The notes below the pieces were generated by a model that was not told where the DNA came from, made no database searches, and saw only the letters and a list, made by a program, of their open reading frames with translations. 64,000 nt of DNA from Clostridiales bacterium UBA1770 (GTDB taxonomy: Bacteria; Bacillota; Clostridia; Oscillospirales; CAG-272), in assembly GCA_002315325.1 (NCBI GenBank), contig DCGU01000080.1:19684-83683 (forward strand). The letters are read 5' to 3'. Shown one piece after another: positions 16,970 through 26,046 of this stretch. The position numbers and the translations under genes were made by a program. The number at the start of each line of letters is the position of its first letter. Positions within the stretch are counted from its first letter, which is position 1.

Positions 16970-19414
16970 ATGAGCAAAAAGAACGAAAACCAAATCTATA
17001 TGATTGGTAATGCCCATCTGGATCCCGTCTGGCTGTGGCAGTGGTACGACGGTTATATGGAAGTGAAAGCCACCTTCCGTTCCGCCCTGGACCGTATGAA
17101 GGAATTCCCCGATTTCAAGTTTACCTCTGCCTGCGCACAGTACTACGAATGGATTAAGGATTCCGACCCTGCGATGTTTGATGAAATCAAGCAGCGTGTC
17201 AAAGAGGGACGCTGGACGGTTGCCGGCGGTTGGTACATTCAGCCCGACTGTAATATTCCCTGCGGTGAATCTTTTGCCCGTCACGCCCTGATTTCCCAGC
17301 GCTTCTTCAAAAACGAGATGGGCACCATGGCTACGGTCGGCTATAACGTCGACTCCTTCGGCCACAACGGTTCCATCCCCAAGATGCTGCGCAACAGCGG
17401 CATGAACGCCTATATTTTCATGCGTCCGGGTCCTCACGAAAAGCCCAATATTCCCGATTGGCTCTTCAACTGGGAAAGTGCCGACGGTTCCGTCGTTCCC
17501 ACGTTCAGAATCGTTGAACGTTACAACATTATGAAGGGCAGCTTCAGCGAGTTCGACCACGTCAAATCCCTGGCGACCGAACATTCCATGATGGCCTTCT
17601 ACGGCGTGGGCAACCACGGCGGCGGACCCACCATTTCTCTGCTCAATAAGATGCACGAGGAACTCGGCCCCGAGTTCATCTACTCCACGCCCGAGGAATT
17701 CTTTGACGCCGTTGCCGACAGCGCACTGCCTCTTGTAAAAGAGGATTTGCAGTTCCACGCAAAGGGCTGCTACACGGCCTGCTCACAGATTAAGCGCGAC
17801 AACAGACGCAGCGAGAATATGATGCTGGCTGCCGAGAAGTATTCCGTTCTCTCCGGCAAATTGATGAACACAAAATATCCCACGGCCGAGTACGAGCGCG
17901 CATGGAAGAACATTTTGTTCAACCAGTTCCACGATATTATGGGCGGCTGCTCCATTAAGGAAGCCTACGATAACGCCCGCATGCAGCACGGTGAAACACA
18001 GTCCATCGCCGACCGCAATTCCAACTTCGCTCTGCAGCAGATTTCCTGGAATATCGATACCGTATACGGCAAGAACATTAAGGTTGAAAAGCCCGAATGG
18101 GGCGCCTGCTGGTTCGTGGACGAATTCGGTACGCCCATCGTCTTCTTTAACCCCCATGCTTGGGAAAGCACCGTATTCGTCACCTTCCGTTCCAATCCCA
18201 TCCGCGTCACCGACGCCGACGGTAACGAGCTGCCCATCCAGGTGGTTCGCGCCAGCCAGACCAACGGCGAGGGCGATAAGTGGGAAGTCGGCCTGAACGT
18301 CACGCTGCCCGCTATGGGTTACACCGTGCTGCGCGCCTTCTACCCCACGGGCGACCGCACCTACAACTCCGAGGTGGAGAACGCCAAAAATGAGCGTCAT
18401 ACCTACGAGTCCAAAGTGGCCACCACGGAGACCACCATTGAAAACGACCTGATCAAACTGACGTTCGACCCGCTGACCGGTGAATTGGCCCAGATTACGG
18501 ACAAGGCCACCGGTAAGAATATGCTGTCCGCCGAAACGCAGACCGTTATGATGGACGAGACCGATTCCGATACCTGGTCCCACCGCATCACCGAGTTCAA
18601 AAACGTTGCCGAAATCTTCACCAAGGGCGATATTCACGTCACGGAGGTCGGTCCTCTGCGCGCCACGATGCGCACCTATACGCGCGGTGCCAACACGACA
18701 ATCCGCCGCGATTACAGCGTCGTTGCCGGCAGCAAGCAGATTCACGTCAAGACGCAGATTGATTTCCACGAAAAGCACCGTATGCTCAAATTCCGTTTCC
18801 CCGTGGATGCCGAGAATCCCACTGCTTTGTGCGACATTCCTTACGGCTTCATTGAACGTCCCACCGACGGCACCGAACAGGTTTGCCAGGAGTGGTTCGC
18901 CATCAAGGATAATAAGAACAGCTTGGCCGTTTTGAACGACAGCAAGTACAGCTTCGACTGCAATAAGAACGTTCTGTCCCTCACCGTACTGCGCGGCGCC
19001 ATCTACGCCGACCACTTCGGTAAGCGCGACGAATTCTGCGAATACATGGAGCAGGGCAGAAACGAACTCAACTACGTCATTATGCCCTTCGAGTCCGTCA
19101 CCGAAACGACGAAAGCTGCGGCAGAGCTCAACTGCGCACCGTTCTCCGTTATGGAAACCTTCCACAACGGTACGCTACCCCAGACCTATACCGCCGTTAC
19201 TTCTTCCGCCGCCAACGTCATTATCACGGCCGTGAAGAAACACGAGGACTCCGACGCTGTCGTGATTCGTGCCTACGAGTGCGAAAACCGCGATACGACG
19301 ACCGAGTTTAACGTATTCGGTCAGAAGTTTAAGGCTGATTTCGGCCACGCCCAGGTCAAGACCTTCATCGTTGACGGCAAATCCGTCCGTGAAGCAGATT
19401 TCCTGGAGTTTTAA
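16970..19414 (+). CDS. GH38 alpha-mannosidase (814 aa)
   Basis: IGNAHLDPVWLWQW, GGWYIQPDCN and FNQFHDIMGG are canonical GH38 motifs. Confidence 0.85.
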   Translation: MSKKNENQIYMIGNAHLDPVWLWQWYDGYMEVKATFRSALDRMKEFPDFKFTSACAQYYEWIKDSDPAMFDEIKQRVKEGRWTVAGGWYIQPDCNIPCGESFARHALISQRFFKNEMGTMATVGYNVDSFGHNGSIPKMLRNSGMNAYIFMRPGPHEKPNIPDWLFNWESADGSVVPTFRIVERYNIMKGSFSEFDHVKSLATEHSMMAFYGVGNHGGGPTISLLNKMHEELGPEFIYSTPEEFFDAVADSALPLVKEDLQFHAKGCYTACSQIKRDNRRSENMMLAAEKYSVLSGKLMNTKYPTAEYERAWKNILFNQFHDIMGGCSIKEAYDNARMQHGETQSIADRNSNFALQQISWNIDTVYGKNIKVEKPEWGACWFVDEFGTPIVFFNPHAWESTVFVTFRSNPIRVTDADGNELPIQVVRASQTNGEGDKWEVGLNVTLPAMGYTVLRAFYPTGDRTYNSEVENAKNERHTYESKVATTETTIENDLIKLTFDPLTGELAQITDKATGKNMLSAETQTVMMDETDSDTWSHRITEFKNVAEIFTKGDIHVTEVGPLRATMRTYTRGANTTIRRDYSVVAGSKQIHVKTQIDFHEKHRMLKFRFPVDAENPTALCDIPYGFIERPTDGTEQVCQEWFAIKDNKNSLAVLNDSKYSFDCNKNVLSLTVLRGAIYADHFGKRDEFCEYMEQGRNELNYVIMPFESVTETTKAAAELNCAPFSVMETFHNGTLPQTYTAVTSSAANVIITAVKKHEDSDAVVIRAYECENRDTTTEFNVFGQKFKADFGHAQVKTFIVDGKSVREADFLEF

Positions 19415-19437
19415 AGCATTTTAACCGATAATTACGT

Positions 19438-19480
19438 AAAACGGGCGGGCGGCGCGATTGCGCTGCCCGCCCGTTTTATT
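19438..19480 (+). terminator. Intrinsic terminator after the GH38 gene
   Basis: ACGGGCGGGC...GCCCGCCCGU GC-rich stem followed by UUUUAUU. Confidence 0.8.
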
Positions 19481-19518
19481 GAACGTTGACGATATTGCCG
19501 CACCGGTGCAAGATTCTA

Positions 19519-19547
19519 TTGACAATTTGATGCGTTTGTAATACAAT
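19519..19547 (+). promoter_or_regulatory. Sigma-70-type promoter of feoAB
   Basis: TTGACA (19519-19524), a 17-nt spacer and TACAAT (19542-19547). Confidence 0.6.
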
Positions 19548-19550
19548 AGA

Positions 19551-19566
19551 GTTAGCATATGCTAAC
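19551..19566. promoter_or_regulatory. Perfect 16-bp palindrome GTTAGCATATGCTAAC at the predicted feoAB transcription start; candidate metalloregulator operator
   Basis: It starts 4 nt after the -10 hexamer. The half-sites GTTAGC/GCTAAC resemble DtxR/IdeR-type TTAG..CTAA arms, but with different spacing. Confidence 0.4.
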
Positions 19567-19639
19567 TGCCGGTCGAACGGGCGGCAGATTATTGGTTCCA
19601 ATAGCGATTGTGATTGGAACGGAACAGGATGGAAACGGA

Positions 19640-22003
19640 ATGGGTATTATGGCGGGTAAAACGCTTTGCAATTTGCACGAGGGCGAAACCGCGGTCATAG
19701 AGTCTGTCGGCGGCGAAGGCGCCCTGCGGCAGCATTTTTTGGATATGGGATTGATTCCCGGCGCAGTGGTGACGCTGGTCAAGTTCGCACCGATGGGCGA
19801 CCCGATGGAATTGCGCATTCACGGCTACGAGCTGACGCTTCGTTTGGCCGATGCCGCCAATATCCCCGTGCGCGAGCCGGTTGCCGGTGAAACGCAGCCG
19901 GAACGGGAAGAACCCAATCCGGCGGATGCCATGACCGTTCACCCCGGTCTCGGTCAGGATGGTAAATATCACGTTAAGACCGACGGGCAAAAGCTGCCCA
20001 AAGGGACGCCCTTGACGTTTGCCTTGGTCGGCAATCAAAACTGCGGGAAAACGACGCTTTTCAATCAGTTGACCGGTTCAAACCAGCACGTCGGTAATTT
20101 TCCGGGCGTTACGGTTGACCGCAAAGACGGTGCCATCAAGGGGTATCCCGGCACGTCGGTCACCGACCTGCCCGGTATCTATTCGCTGTCCCCCTATACG
20201 GCCGAAGAAATCGTTTCACGTAACTTTATTTTGGAAGAAAAGCCGACCGGTATCATCAACATTTTGGATGCCACGAATATCGAGCGCAATTTGTACCTGA
20301 CGCTGCAGTTGATGGAATTGGGTGTGCCGATGGTGATTGCGTTGAATATGATGGACGAGGTGCGCGGCAACGGCGGTTCCATCGACGTCAACCGTATGGA
20401 GGAAATGCTGGGTGTGCCCGTCGTGCCGATTTCCGCCGCCAAAAACGAAGGTGTTTCAGAGTTGATTGAACACGCCGTGCACGTGGCGGAGTATCAGGAA
20501 CGTCCCGGCCGCCCGGACTTTTGCGGCAAGGACGAAAACGGCGGCGCCGTTCACCGTTGTCTGCACGGTGTGATGTACCTCATCGAGGACCATGCCGAGG
20601 CAGCCGAAATCCCGGCACGTTTCGCCGCCGCCAAACTTTTGGAGGGAGATAAGCCGATTTTCGACGCGCTGAAACCCACGCAAAACGAGGCCGAAACGCT
20701 CGAACATATCATCACGCAAATGGAAGAGGAACGGGGGCTGGACCGCGTGGCGGCCGTTGCCGATATGCGTTTCTCGTTTATTCGTGACTTGTGCTCTGCC
20801 TGTGTCAAACGTGCAAAGGAAAGCAGGGAACATCTCCGCTCCGCCAAAATCGATAAAATCGTGACGGGAAAGTATACGGCAATTCCTTCCTTCATCGCCG
20901 TGATGGCGCTTGTTTTCTGGCTGTCCTTCAACGTGATTGGCGGCACGCTGCAGCGGCTGCTTGACAGCGGTATTACGGCGCTTGCGGGCGTTACGGATTC
21001 ATTTTTAGCAAGACTCGGTGTCAACGAAGTTCTGCACTCGCTGTTGATTGACGGTATTTTTGCCGGCGTCGGTTCTGTGCTCAGCTTTATTCCCATTATT
21101 TTGACGTTGTTTTTCTTCCTGTCCATGATGGAGGACAGCGGCTATATGGCCCGCGTTGCCTTCGTCACCGACCGGCTTTTGCGTAAAATCGGTCTGTCCG
21201 GCCGCAGCATCGTGCCGATGCTCATCGGATTCGGCTGTACCGTTCCGGCCGTTATGTCAACCAGAACGCTTTCATCCGCCCGTGACCGTAAAATGACAAT
21301 CATGCTGTCGCCGTTCATGAGCTGTACGGCCAAAATACCCATTTACGGGTTTATTGCGCACGCCTTTTTCCCGCGTTACAGCGGTTTGATTATGGTAGCC
21401 CTGTATTTCCTGGGCATTTTGCTCGGTGTCTGCACGGCATTGCTATCCAAGCGCACTTTATTCCGTGGGGAACCCGTGCCGTTCGTACTGGAATTGCCCA
21501 ACTATCGTATGCCGGGCGCCAAAAACGTGCTGCATTTGCTGTGGGATAAGGCGAAGGACTTTTTGCAAAGGGCCTTTACCGTCATTTTCCTGGCTTCCGT
21601 CATCATTTGGTTCCTGCAAACGTTTGACTATCACCTGGCGCTTGCCGTCACACCGGACAACAGCATTTTGGCTTCTCTTGCCGGGTGGCTGGCACCTGTC
21701 TTTACACCGCTCGGTTTCGGCAACTGGCAGGTAACGACGGCTCTTTTGACCGGTTTCCTGGCCAAGGAGAGCGTTGTCGGTACGCTGGAGGTTTTGACGG
21801 CCGGTAACGTGGCGGCGCTGCTGTCGCCCGCCGCAGCAATCTCCTTGCTGATTTTCTGCCTGTTGTACACGCCCTGTGTGGCCGCCGTGACCGCCGTCAA
21901 ACGCGAGCTCGGGTGGAAATGGGCAACGGCGATGGTCGTATTCCAATGCGTTTTGGCCTGGCTGTGTGCCGGTGCCGCAGCGTTGATACTGACGTTGTTT
22001 TGA
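19640..22003 (+). CDS. feoB: Ferrous iron transporter, FeoA-FeoB fusion
   Basis: The N-terminal FeoA SH3-like domain (LCNLHEGETAVIESV...GLIPGAVVTLVKFAPMGDPMELRI) is fused to the FeoB G-domain (FALVGNQNCGKTTLFNQLTG, DLPGIYSL) and a polytopic permease. The track start at 19559 lies inside the palindrome and has no SD. Confidence 0.85.
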   Translation: MGIMAGKTLCNLHEGETAVIESVGGEGALRQHFLDMGLIPGAVVTLVKFAPMGDPMELRIHGYELTLRLADAANIPVREPVAGETQPEREEPNPADAMTVHPGLGQDGKYHVKTDGQKLPKGTPLTFALVGNQNCGKTTLFNQLTGSNQHVGNFPGVTVDRKDGAIKGYPGTSVTDLPGIYSLSPYTAEEIVSRNFILEEKPTGIINILDATNIERNLYLTLQLMELGVPMVIALNMMDEVRGNGGSIDVNRMEEMLGVPVVPISAAKNEGVSELIEHAVHVAEYQERPGRPDFCGKDENGGAVHRCLHGVMYLIEDHAEAAEIPARFAAAKLLEGDKPIFDALKPTQNEAETLEHIITQMEEERGLDRVAAVADMRFSFIRDLCSACVKRAKESREHLRSAKIDKIVTGKYTAIPSFIAVMALVFWLSFNVIGGTLQRLLDSGITALAGVTDSFLARLGVNEVLHSLLIDGIFAGVGSVLSFIPIILTLFFFLSMMEDSGYMARVAFVTDRLLRKIGLSGRSIVPMLIGFGCTVPAVMSTRTLSSARDRKMTIMLSPFMSCTAKIPIYGFIAHAFFPRYSGLIMVALYFLGILLGVCTALLSKRTLFRGEPVPFVLELPNYRMPGAKNVLHLLWDKAKDFLQRAFTVIFLASVIIWFLQTFDYHLALAVTPDNSILASLAGWLAPVFTPLGFGNWQVTTALLTGFLAKESVVGTLEVLTAGNVAALLSPAAAISLLIFCLLYTPCVAAVTAVKRELGWKWATAMVVFQCVLAWLCAGAAALILTLF

Positions 22004-22011
22004 AGACTGTG

Positions 22012-22051
22012 AAAAAAGGCTGTATTTCCGTGCGGATTACAGCCTTTTTTC
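22012..22051 (+). terminator. Intrinsic terminator after feoAB
   Basis: AAGGCUGUA...UACAGCCUU followed by UUUUU. Confidence 0.75.
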
Positions 22052-22080
22052 TTGACAAAAAAATAAGAATGTCATATAAT
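22052..22080 (+). promoter_or_regulatory. Sigma-70-type promoter of thrS
   Basis: TTGACA (22052-22057), a 17-nt spacer and TATAAT (22075-22080). The leader to the ATG is only about 45 nt. Confidence 0.65.
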
Positions 22081-22132
22081 AAACTGATTATATTTAACTC
22101 CTCGGAGTTTTGACTGAAAAGGAGACAAAACA

Positions 22133-23899
22133 ATGAAAGTCATTTACAACGACGGGCACGTTGACGAGTGCGCTCCCGAAGAGGAACTGCACGTTATTCG
22201 TCACACGGCCGCTCACATTATGGCACAGGCCGTCAAGCGCCTGTATCCGCATGCCGATTTTGGTTTCGGCCCCGCCACCGAAAAGGGCTTTTTCTATGAT
22301 ATTGATTTGGGTGAAACCAAACTGACCGACGACGATTTGGCGAAGATTGAAGCCGAAATGAAGAAAATCGTCAAGGAAAATCTGCCGATTAAATCCTTTA
22401 TTCTGCCCCGCGAAGAAGCCATCAAATTGATGGAAGAACGCGGCGAAAAGTACAAAGTCGAGCATATCGGCGACCTGGCGGATGACGCTGTCATCAGCTT
22501 CTATCAGCAGGGCGAGTATATCGATATGTGCGTCGGCCCTCACCTGTGCTACACCAAGGCACTCAAGGCATTCAAACTGACGCAGCAGTCCGGCGCTTAT
22601 TGGAAGAACGATAAGAATAACAAGATGCTGACCCGTATCAACGGTGTGGCTTTCCGTACGCAGGAGGAACTGGACGAATATCTGCGTCTGTTGGAAGAAG
22701 CCGAACGCCGCGACCACCGCAAGATCGGCCGTGAAATGGGTCTGTTCGCCCTGCGCGACGAAGCGCCCGGTATGCCTTTCTTCCTGCCGAAGGGTATGGT
22801 ATTGCGCAATACGCTCGTTGAATACTGGCGCGAAATGCACCGCAAATGGGACTATCTGGAAATCATGACGCCCCAAATTATGCGCAGAACCCTGTGGGAA
22901 ACTTCCGGTCACTGGGATCACTACAAGGAAAATATGTACACCACGGTGATTGACGATGAAGATTTCGCCATTAAGCCGATGAACTGCCCCGGCTCTATCC
23001 TGGTTTACGATCTCGAGCCGCACTCTTATAAGGAACTGCCGCTGCGTTACGGCGAACTCGGCAACGTGCATCGTCACGAGTTGTCCGGCGCATTGCACGG
23101 CCTGTTCCGCGTGCGTAATTTCACGCAGGATGACGCGCATATTTTGCTGGCGCCCGAGCAGATCACGAGCGAAGTCGTTCGTATCGCCAAGCTGCTTGAC
23201 GAAGTGTACTCCACCTTCGGTCTGCCCTATACCATTGAATTATCCACCATGCCGGAAGACCATATCGGTACCCGTGAAGACTGGGAAAAGGCTGAAAATG
23301 CACTGGCAGACGCCATTACCGGTATCGGCAAAGAATATATCCTGAATCCCGGCGACGGCGCCTTCTACGGCCCGAAGCTTGACTTCCACGTGGAGGACAG
23401 CCTGGGAAGAACCTGGCAGTGCGGTACGATTCAGCTTGACTACCAGCTGCCCGGCCGTTTCAATTTGGACTACACCGGTGCCGACGGCAAGAAGTATTGC
23501 CCCGTTATGATTCACCGCGTTGTATTCGGTTCCATCGAGCGTTTCATCGGTGTTATTACCGAGCATTTTGCCGGTAAGTTCCCGGTATGGCTGGCACCCG
23601 TGCAGGCAACCGTTATGACGCTGCCCGGCACCGATCCCGCCTATGCGACGGACGTGTTTGAAAAACTGCGTGCCGCCGGCATTCGCGCCGAATTAGACGA
23701 TCGAAACGAAAAAATCGGTTACAAGATTCGTGAGGCACGTCAGGTCAACCGTATTCCGGCCATGGTCATTATCGGTCAGAACGAAATCGACAACAACGTT
23801 ATTTCCGTTCGTGATCGTGACACCGACCAAACCGAGACCCTGTCGCTTGACGAATTCATCGCCAAGATGAAAAAAATGATTGCGGACCACGTCCGTTAA
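22133..23899 (+). CDS. thrS: Threonine--tRNA ligase lacking the N-terminal TGS domain
   Basis: The editing-domain motif HVIRHTAAHIMAQAVKRLYP occurs at residue ~20 instead of ~70. Class II motifs are present (FRVRNFTQDDAHIL, GAFYGPKLD), as is the anticodon-binding C-terminus. Confidence 0.9.
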   Translation: MKVIYNDGHVDECAPEEELHVIRHTAAHIMAQAVKRLYPHADFGFGPATEKGFFYDIDLGETKLTDDDLAKIEAEMKKIVKENLPIKSFILPREEAIKLMEERGEKYKVEHIGDLADDAVISFYQQGEYIDMCVGPHLCYTKALKAFKLTQQSGAYWKNDKNNKMLTRINGVAFRTQEELDEYLRLLEEAERRDHRKIGREMGLFALRDEAPGMPFFLPKGMVLRNTLVEYWREMHRKWDYLEIMTPQIMRRTLWETSGHWDHYKENMYTTVIDDEDFAIKPMNCPGSILVYDLEPHSYKELPLRYGELGNVHRHELSGALHGLFRVRNFTQDDAHILLAPEQITSEVVRIAKLLDEVYSTFGLPYTIELSTMPEDHIGTREDWEKAENALADAITGIGKEYILNPGDGAFYGPKLDFHVEDSLGRTWQCGTIQLDYQLPGRFNLDYTGADGKKYCPVMIHRVVFGSIERFIGVITEHFAGKFPVWLAPVQATVMTLPGTDPAYATDVFEKLRAAGIRAELDDRNEKIGYKIREARQVNRIPAMVIIGQNEIDNNVISVRDRDTDQTETLSLDEFIAKMKKMIADHVR

Positions 23900-23905
23900 T
23901 TTTGC

Positions 23906-23940
23906 GAAAGGGTCGCCCACAGGCGGCCCTTTCCTGCTTT
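23906..23940 (+). terminator. Probable terminator after thrS
   Basis: GAAAGGGUCGCC-CACA-GGCGGCCCUUUC (12 bp, one G-U) with a weak U tail. Confidence 0.55.
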
Positions 23941-23956
23941 GAGAGAAGATGACTGT

Positions 23957-24790
23957 ATGAATTATCCTAAAGTATTAACCATTCAGGACGTTTCCTGCGT
24001 CGGTCAGTGCTCCCTGACCGTGGCACTCCCGATTATCTCCGCCTGCGGCGTCGAGACCTGCATTCTCCCGTCGGCAGTGCTATCCACCCATACCTGCGGT
24101 TTTACCGGATTTACCTGCCGCGACCTGACGGACGACGTGCCTGCCATCGCAGCCCATTGGAAAAAAGAAGGTATTACGTTTGACGCCGTCTACACCGGTT
24201 ATCTCGGCAGTACCAAACAAATCGATTACGTCAGAGATATTATGCGTGACGCTGCCGGCAGTTTGAAAATCGTCGACCCCGCTATGGCGGACGGCGGCAA
24301 GCTCTACCCGGCGTTTGACGGTGCCTACGTGGCCGCCATGCGGGCGTTATACCGTGACGCGGACGTGGTACTGCCCAATATTACCGAGGCGGCATTGCTG
24401 TGCGGTATGGATTACCGCGAAACGTACGACCGCGCGTATATTGACGAACTGCTGCGCCGCCTGACAGACGGATGGAACGGTACCGTTGTGCTGACAGGCG
24501 TTTCGTACGCTGCCGGCAAAACGGGTGTCGTGACGTACCAAAACGGCTCGTATCATTATTATGAACATGAAAAATTACCCACGTCGTACCATGGAACGGG
24601 CGACGTCTACGCTTCTGCATTTACGGGTATATTGATGCGGGATGAAAAGAGGGACGTGTCCCGCGCCGCCGCATTGGCTGCGCAATTTGTCTTGGCTTGC
24701 ATCAAGGCAACGGTCGGCGACGACAATCACAAATACGGTGTCAAATTTGAAACGGCGCTGCCGCAGCTTTGGCAGCTGATGCAGCAATAA
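23957..24790 (+). CDS. pdxK: Pyridoxal/pyridoxamine kinase (ribokinase superfamily)
   Basis: KVLTIQDVSCVGQCSLTVALPIISACGVE...TGYLGS...VVDPAMAD...GTGDVYASAF pattern. The ATG at 23957 is used. Confidence 0.8.
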   Translation: MNYPKVLTIQDVSCVGQCSLTVALPIISACGVETCILPSAVLSTHTCGFTGFTCRDLTDDVPAIAAHWKKEGITFDAVYTGYLGSTKQIDYVRDIMRDAAGSLKIVDPAMADGGKLYPAFDGAYVAAMRALYRDADVVLPNITEAALLCGMDYRETYDRAYIDELLRRLTDGWNGTVVLTGVSYAAGKTGVVTYQNGSYHYYEHEKLPTSYHGTGDVYASAFTGILMRDEKRDVSRAAALAAQFVLACIKATVGDDNHKYGVKFETALPQLWQLMQQ

Positions 24791-24839
24791 TGGAAGATTG
24801 CGCAGATGAACCGCACAAAAAATGAATAAGGAGGACAAA

Positions 24840-25991
24840 ATGAAATCGTCATACACCTGTGCCATAATCGCCACGGAACTGTTTTCGGCATTGATTTGTT
24901 TACTCCTTTTGTTCGGCAATATTTTTGAGACGCGGCGAAGAACGATGCGGAGTATGATCTATTCCGTGATGGTGTCCACCAATACGGCGGCGCTTCTTGC
25001 CGATGCCGTTTCCTGGTGGTTTGAAGGAAACCCGGCGCATCCCGGTATCTTGTTTTGGAGTACGACGGCTTCGATTGTGCTTTCCATCCTGTTGATCGGT
25101 CAATTCAATTTATATATTTGGTATTTTGTATCCGAGCACAAACGCATTTCCGACGACATGCTGCGCGTTGCCATGATTTTTTCCTCCGTTTGTGCGGGCC
25201 TGACGTTCATCGGCTGCGTCGGCGGATGGATGTTTTCCTATGACAACGGCATTTACCAAACGGGCGTCCTGTTCGGCGTGTATTTGCTTATCAACGTTTT
25301 GTGCGTCGTGGTGGACGTGTTGTTTGTCCTTTGCTACCGCCGGGAACTTACGCTGCACGACCGTTTGGCCGTGTATTGCTACGCGGCCCTGCCGACAATC
25401 AGTACTGTTATCAGCGTTTTTGTTTCCGAATGGGCTTTTTCCTATGCCGCCTGCACGTTGTCGCTGGTTATTCTTTATATTATGATTCAGTCGGAGCAGG
25501 GGCGTCAGCTTGAAAAAGAGCAGCAGCTCAGCCGCTTTTTTGCCATGCACGACGAACTGACGGGACTGAACAGCCGACACGCCTATACGGAAAGACTCGA
25601 AGAACTGGTACAAAAGGATGGGAACGTCGGTATTGTGTTTGGTGACGTGAATGCCTTGAAATATACCAACGACCACTTCGGGCATACGGCCGGGGACAAT
25701 CGCCTGAAGACGTTCGCGTCTATGTTGACCGCGGTTTTCCCGGCGGAAGACGTGTTTAAAATCAGCGGTGACGAATTTGTTGTGATGACCGTTGTCGATA
25801 AAAAAGAAGGATTCGATAAACAAACGGCAAAATTGCAGGAGGCACTCGGCACCGATGATAATCCGATTGCCAGTATGGGATTTGCCCACGGCACCTGCAG
25901 AAACGTCAACGAACTGGTCCAAAATGCCGAAATGAAAATGTACGTGCATAAGGATATATACCATAAAAATCATCCGGAAACCGTACGTTGA
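24840..25991 (+). CDS. Membrane-anchored diguanylate cyclase (GGDEF domain, SGDEF variant)
   Basis: About 230 aa of multi-TM N-terminus, then HDELTGLNSRHAY...FGDVNALKYTNDHFGHTAGD...FKISGDEFVVM. The ATG at 24840 follows AAGGAGG. Confidence 0.85.
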   Translation: MKSSYTCAIIATELFSALICLLLLFGNIFETRRRTMRSMIYSVMVSTNTAALLADAVSWWFEGNPAHPGILFWSTTASIVLSILLIGQFNLYIWYFVSEHKRISDDMLRVAMIFSSVCAGLTFIGCVGGWMFSYDNGIYQTGVLFGVYLLINVLCVVVDVLFVLCYRRELTLHDRLAVYCYAALPTISTVISVFVSEWAFSYAACTLSLVILYIMIQSEQGRQLEKEQQLSRFFAMHDELTGLNSRHAYTERLEELVQKDGNVGIVFGDVNALKYTNDHFGHTAGDNRLKTFASMLTAVFPAEDVFKISGDEFVVMTVVDKKEGFDKQTAKLQEALGTDDNPIASMGFAHGTCRNVNELVQNAEMKMYVHKDIYHKNHPETVR

Positions 25992-26046
25992 CACGGTTGC
26001 ACTGCTTCCCCCCCGGGAAATCTTACAGAAAAGGCCGGTATTCTAT

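Noticed and set aside
19559-19639. Track start codon (19559) for the FeoA-FeoB fusion
   Set aside because: That ATG lies in the centre of the operator-like palindrome at the predicted TSS and has no SD. The FeoA domain begins after the ATGs at 19640/19649.
22004-22132. T-box leader for thrS
   Set aside because: Only ~45 nt lie between the predicted TSS and the ATG. There is no Stem I, specifier loop or T-box sequence.
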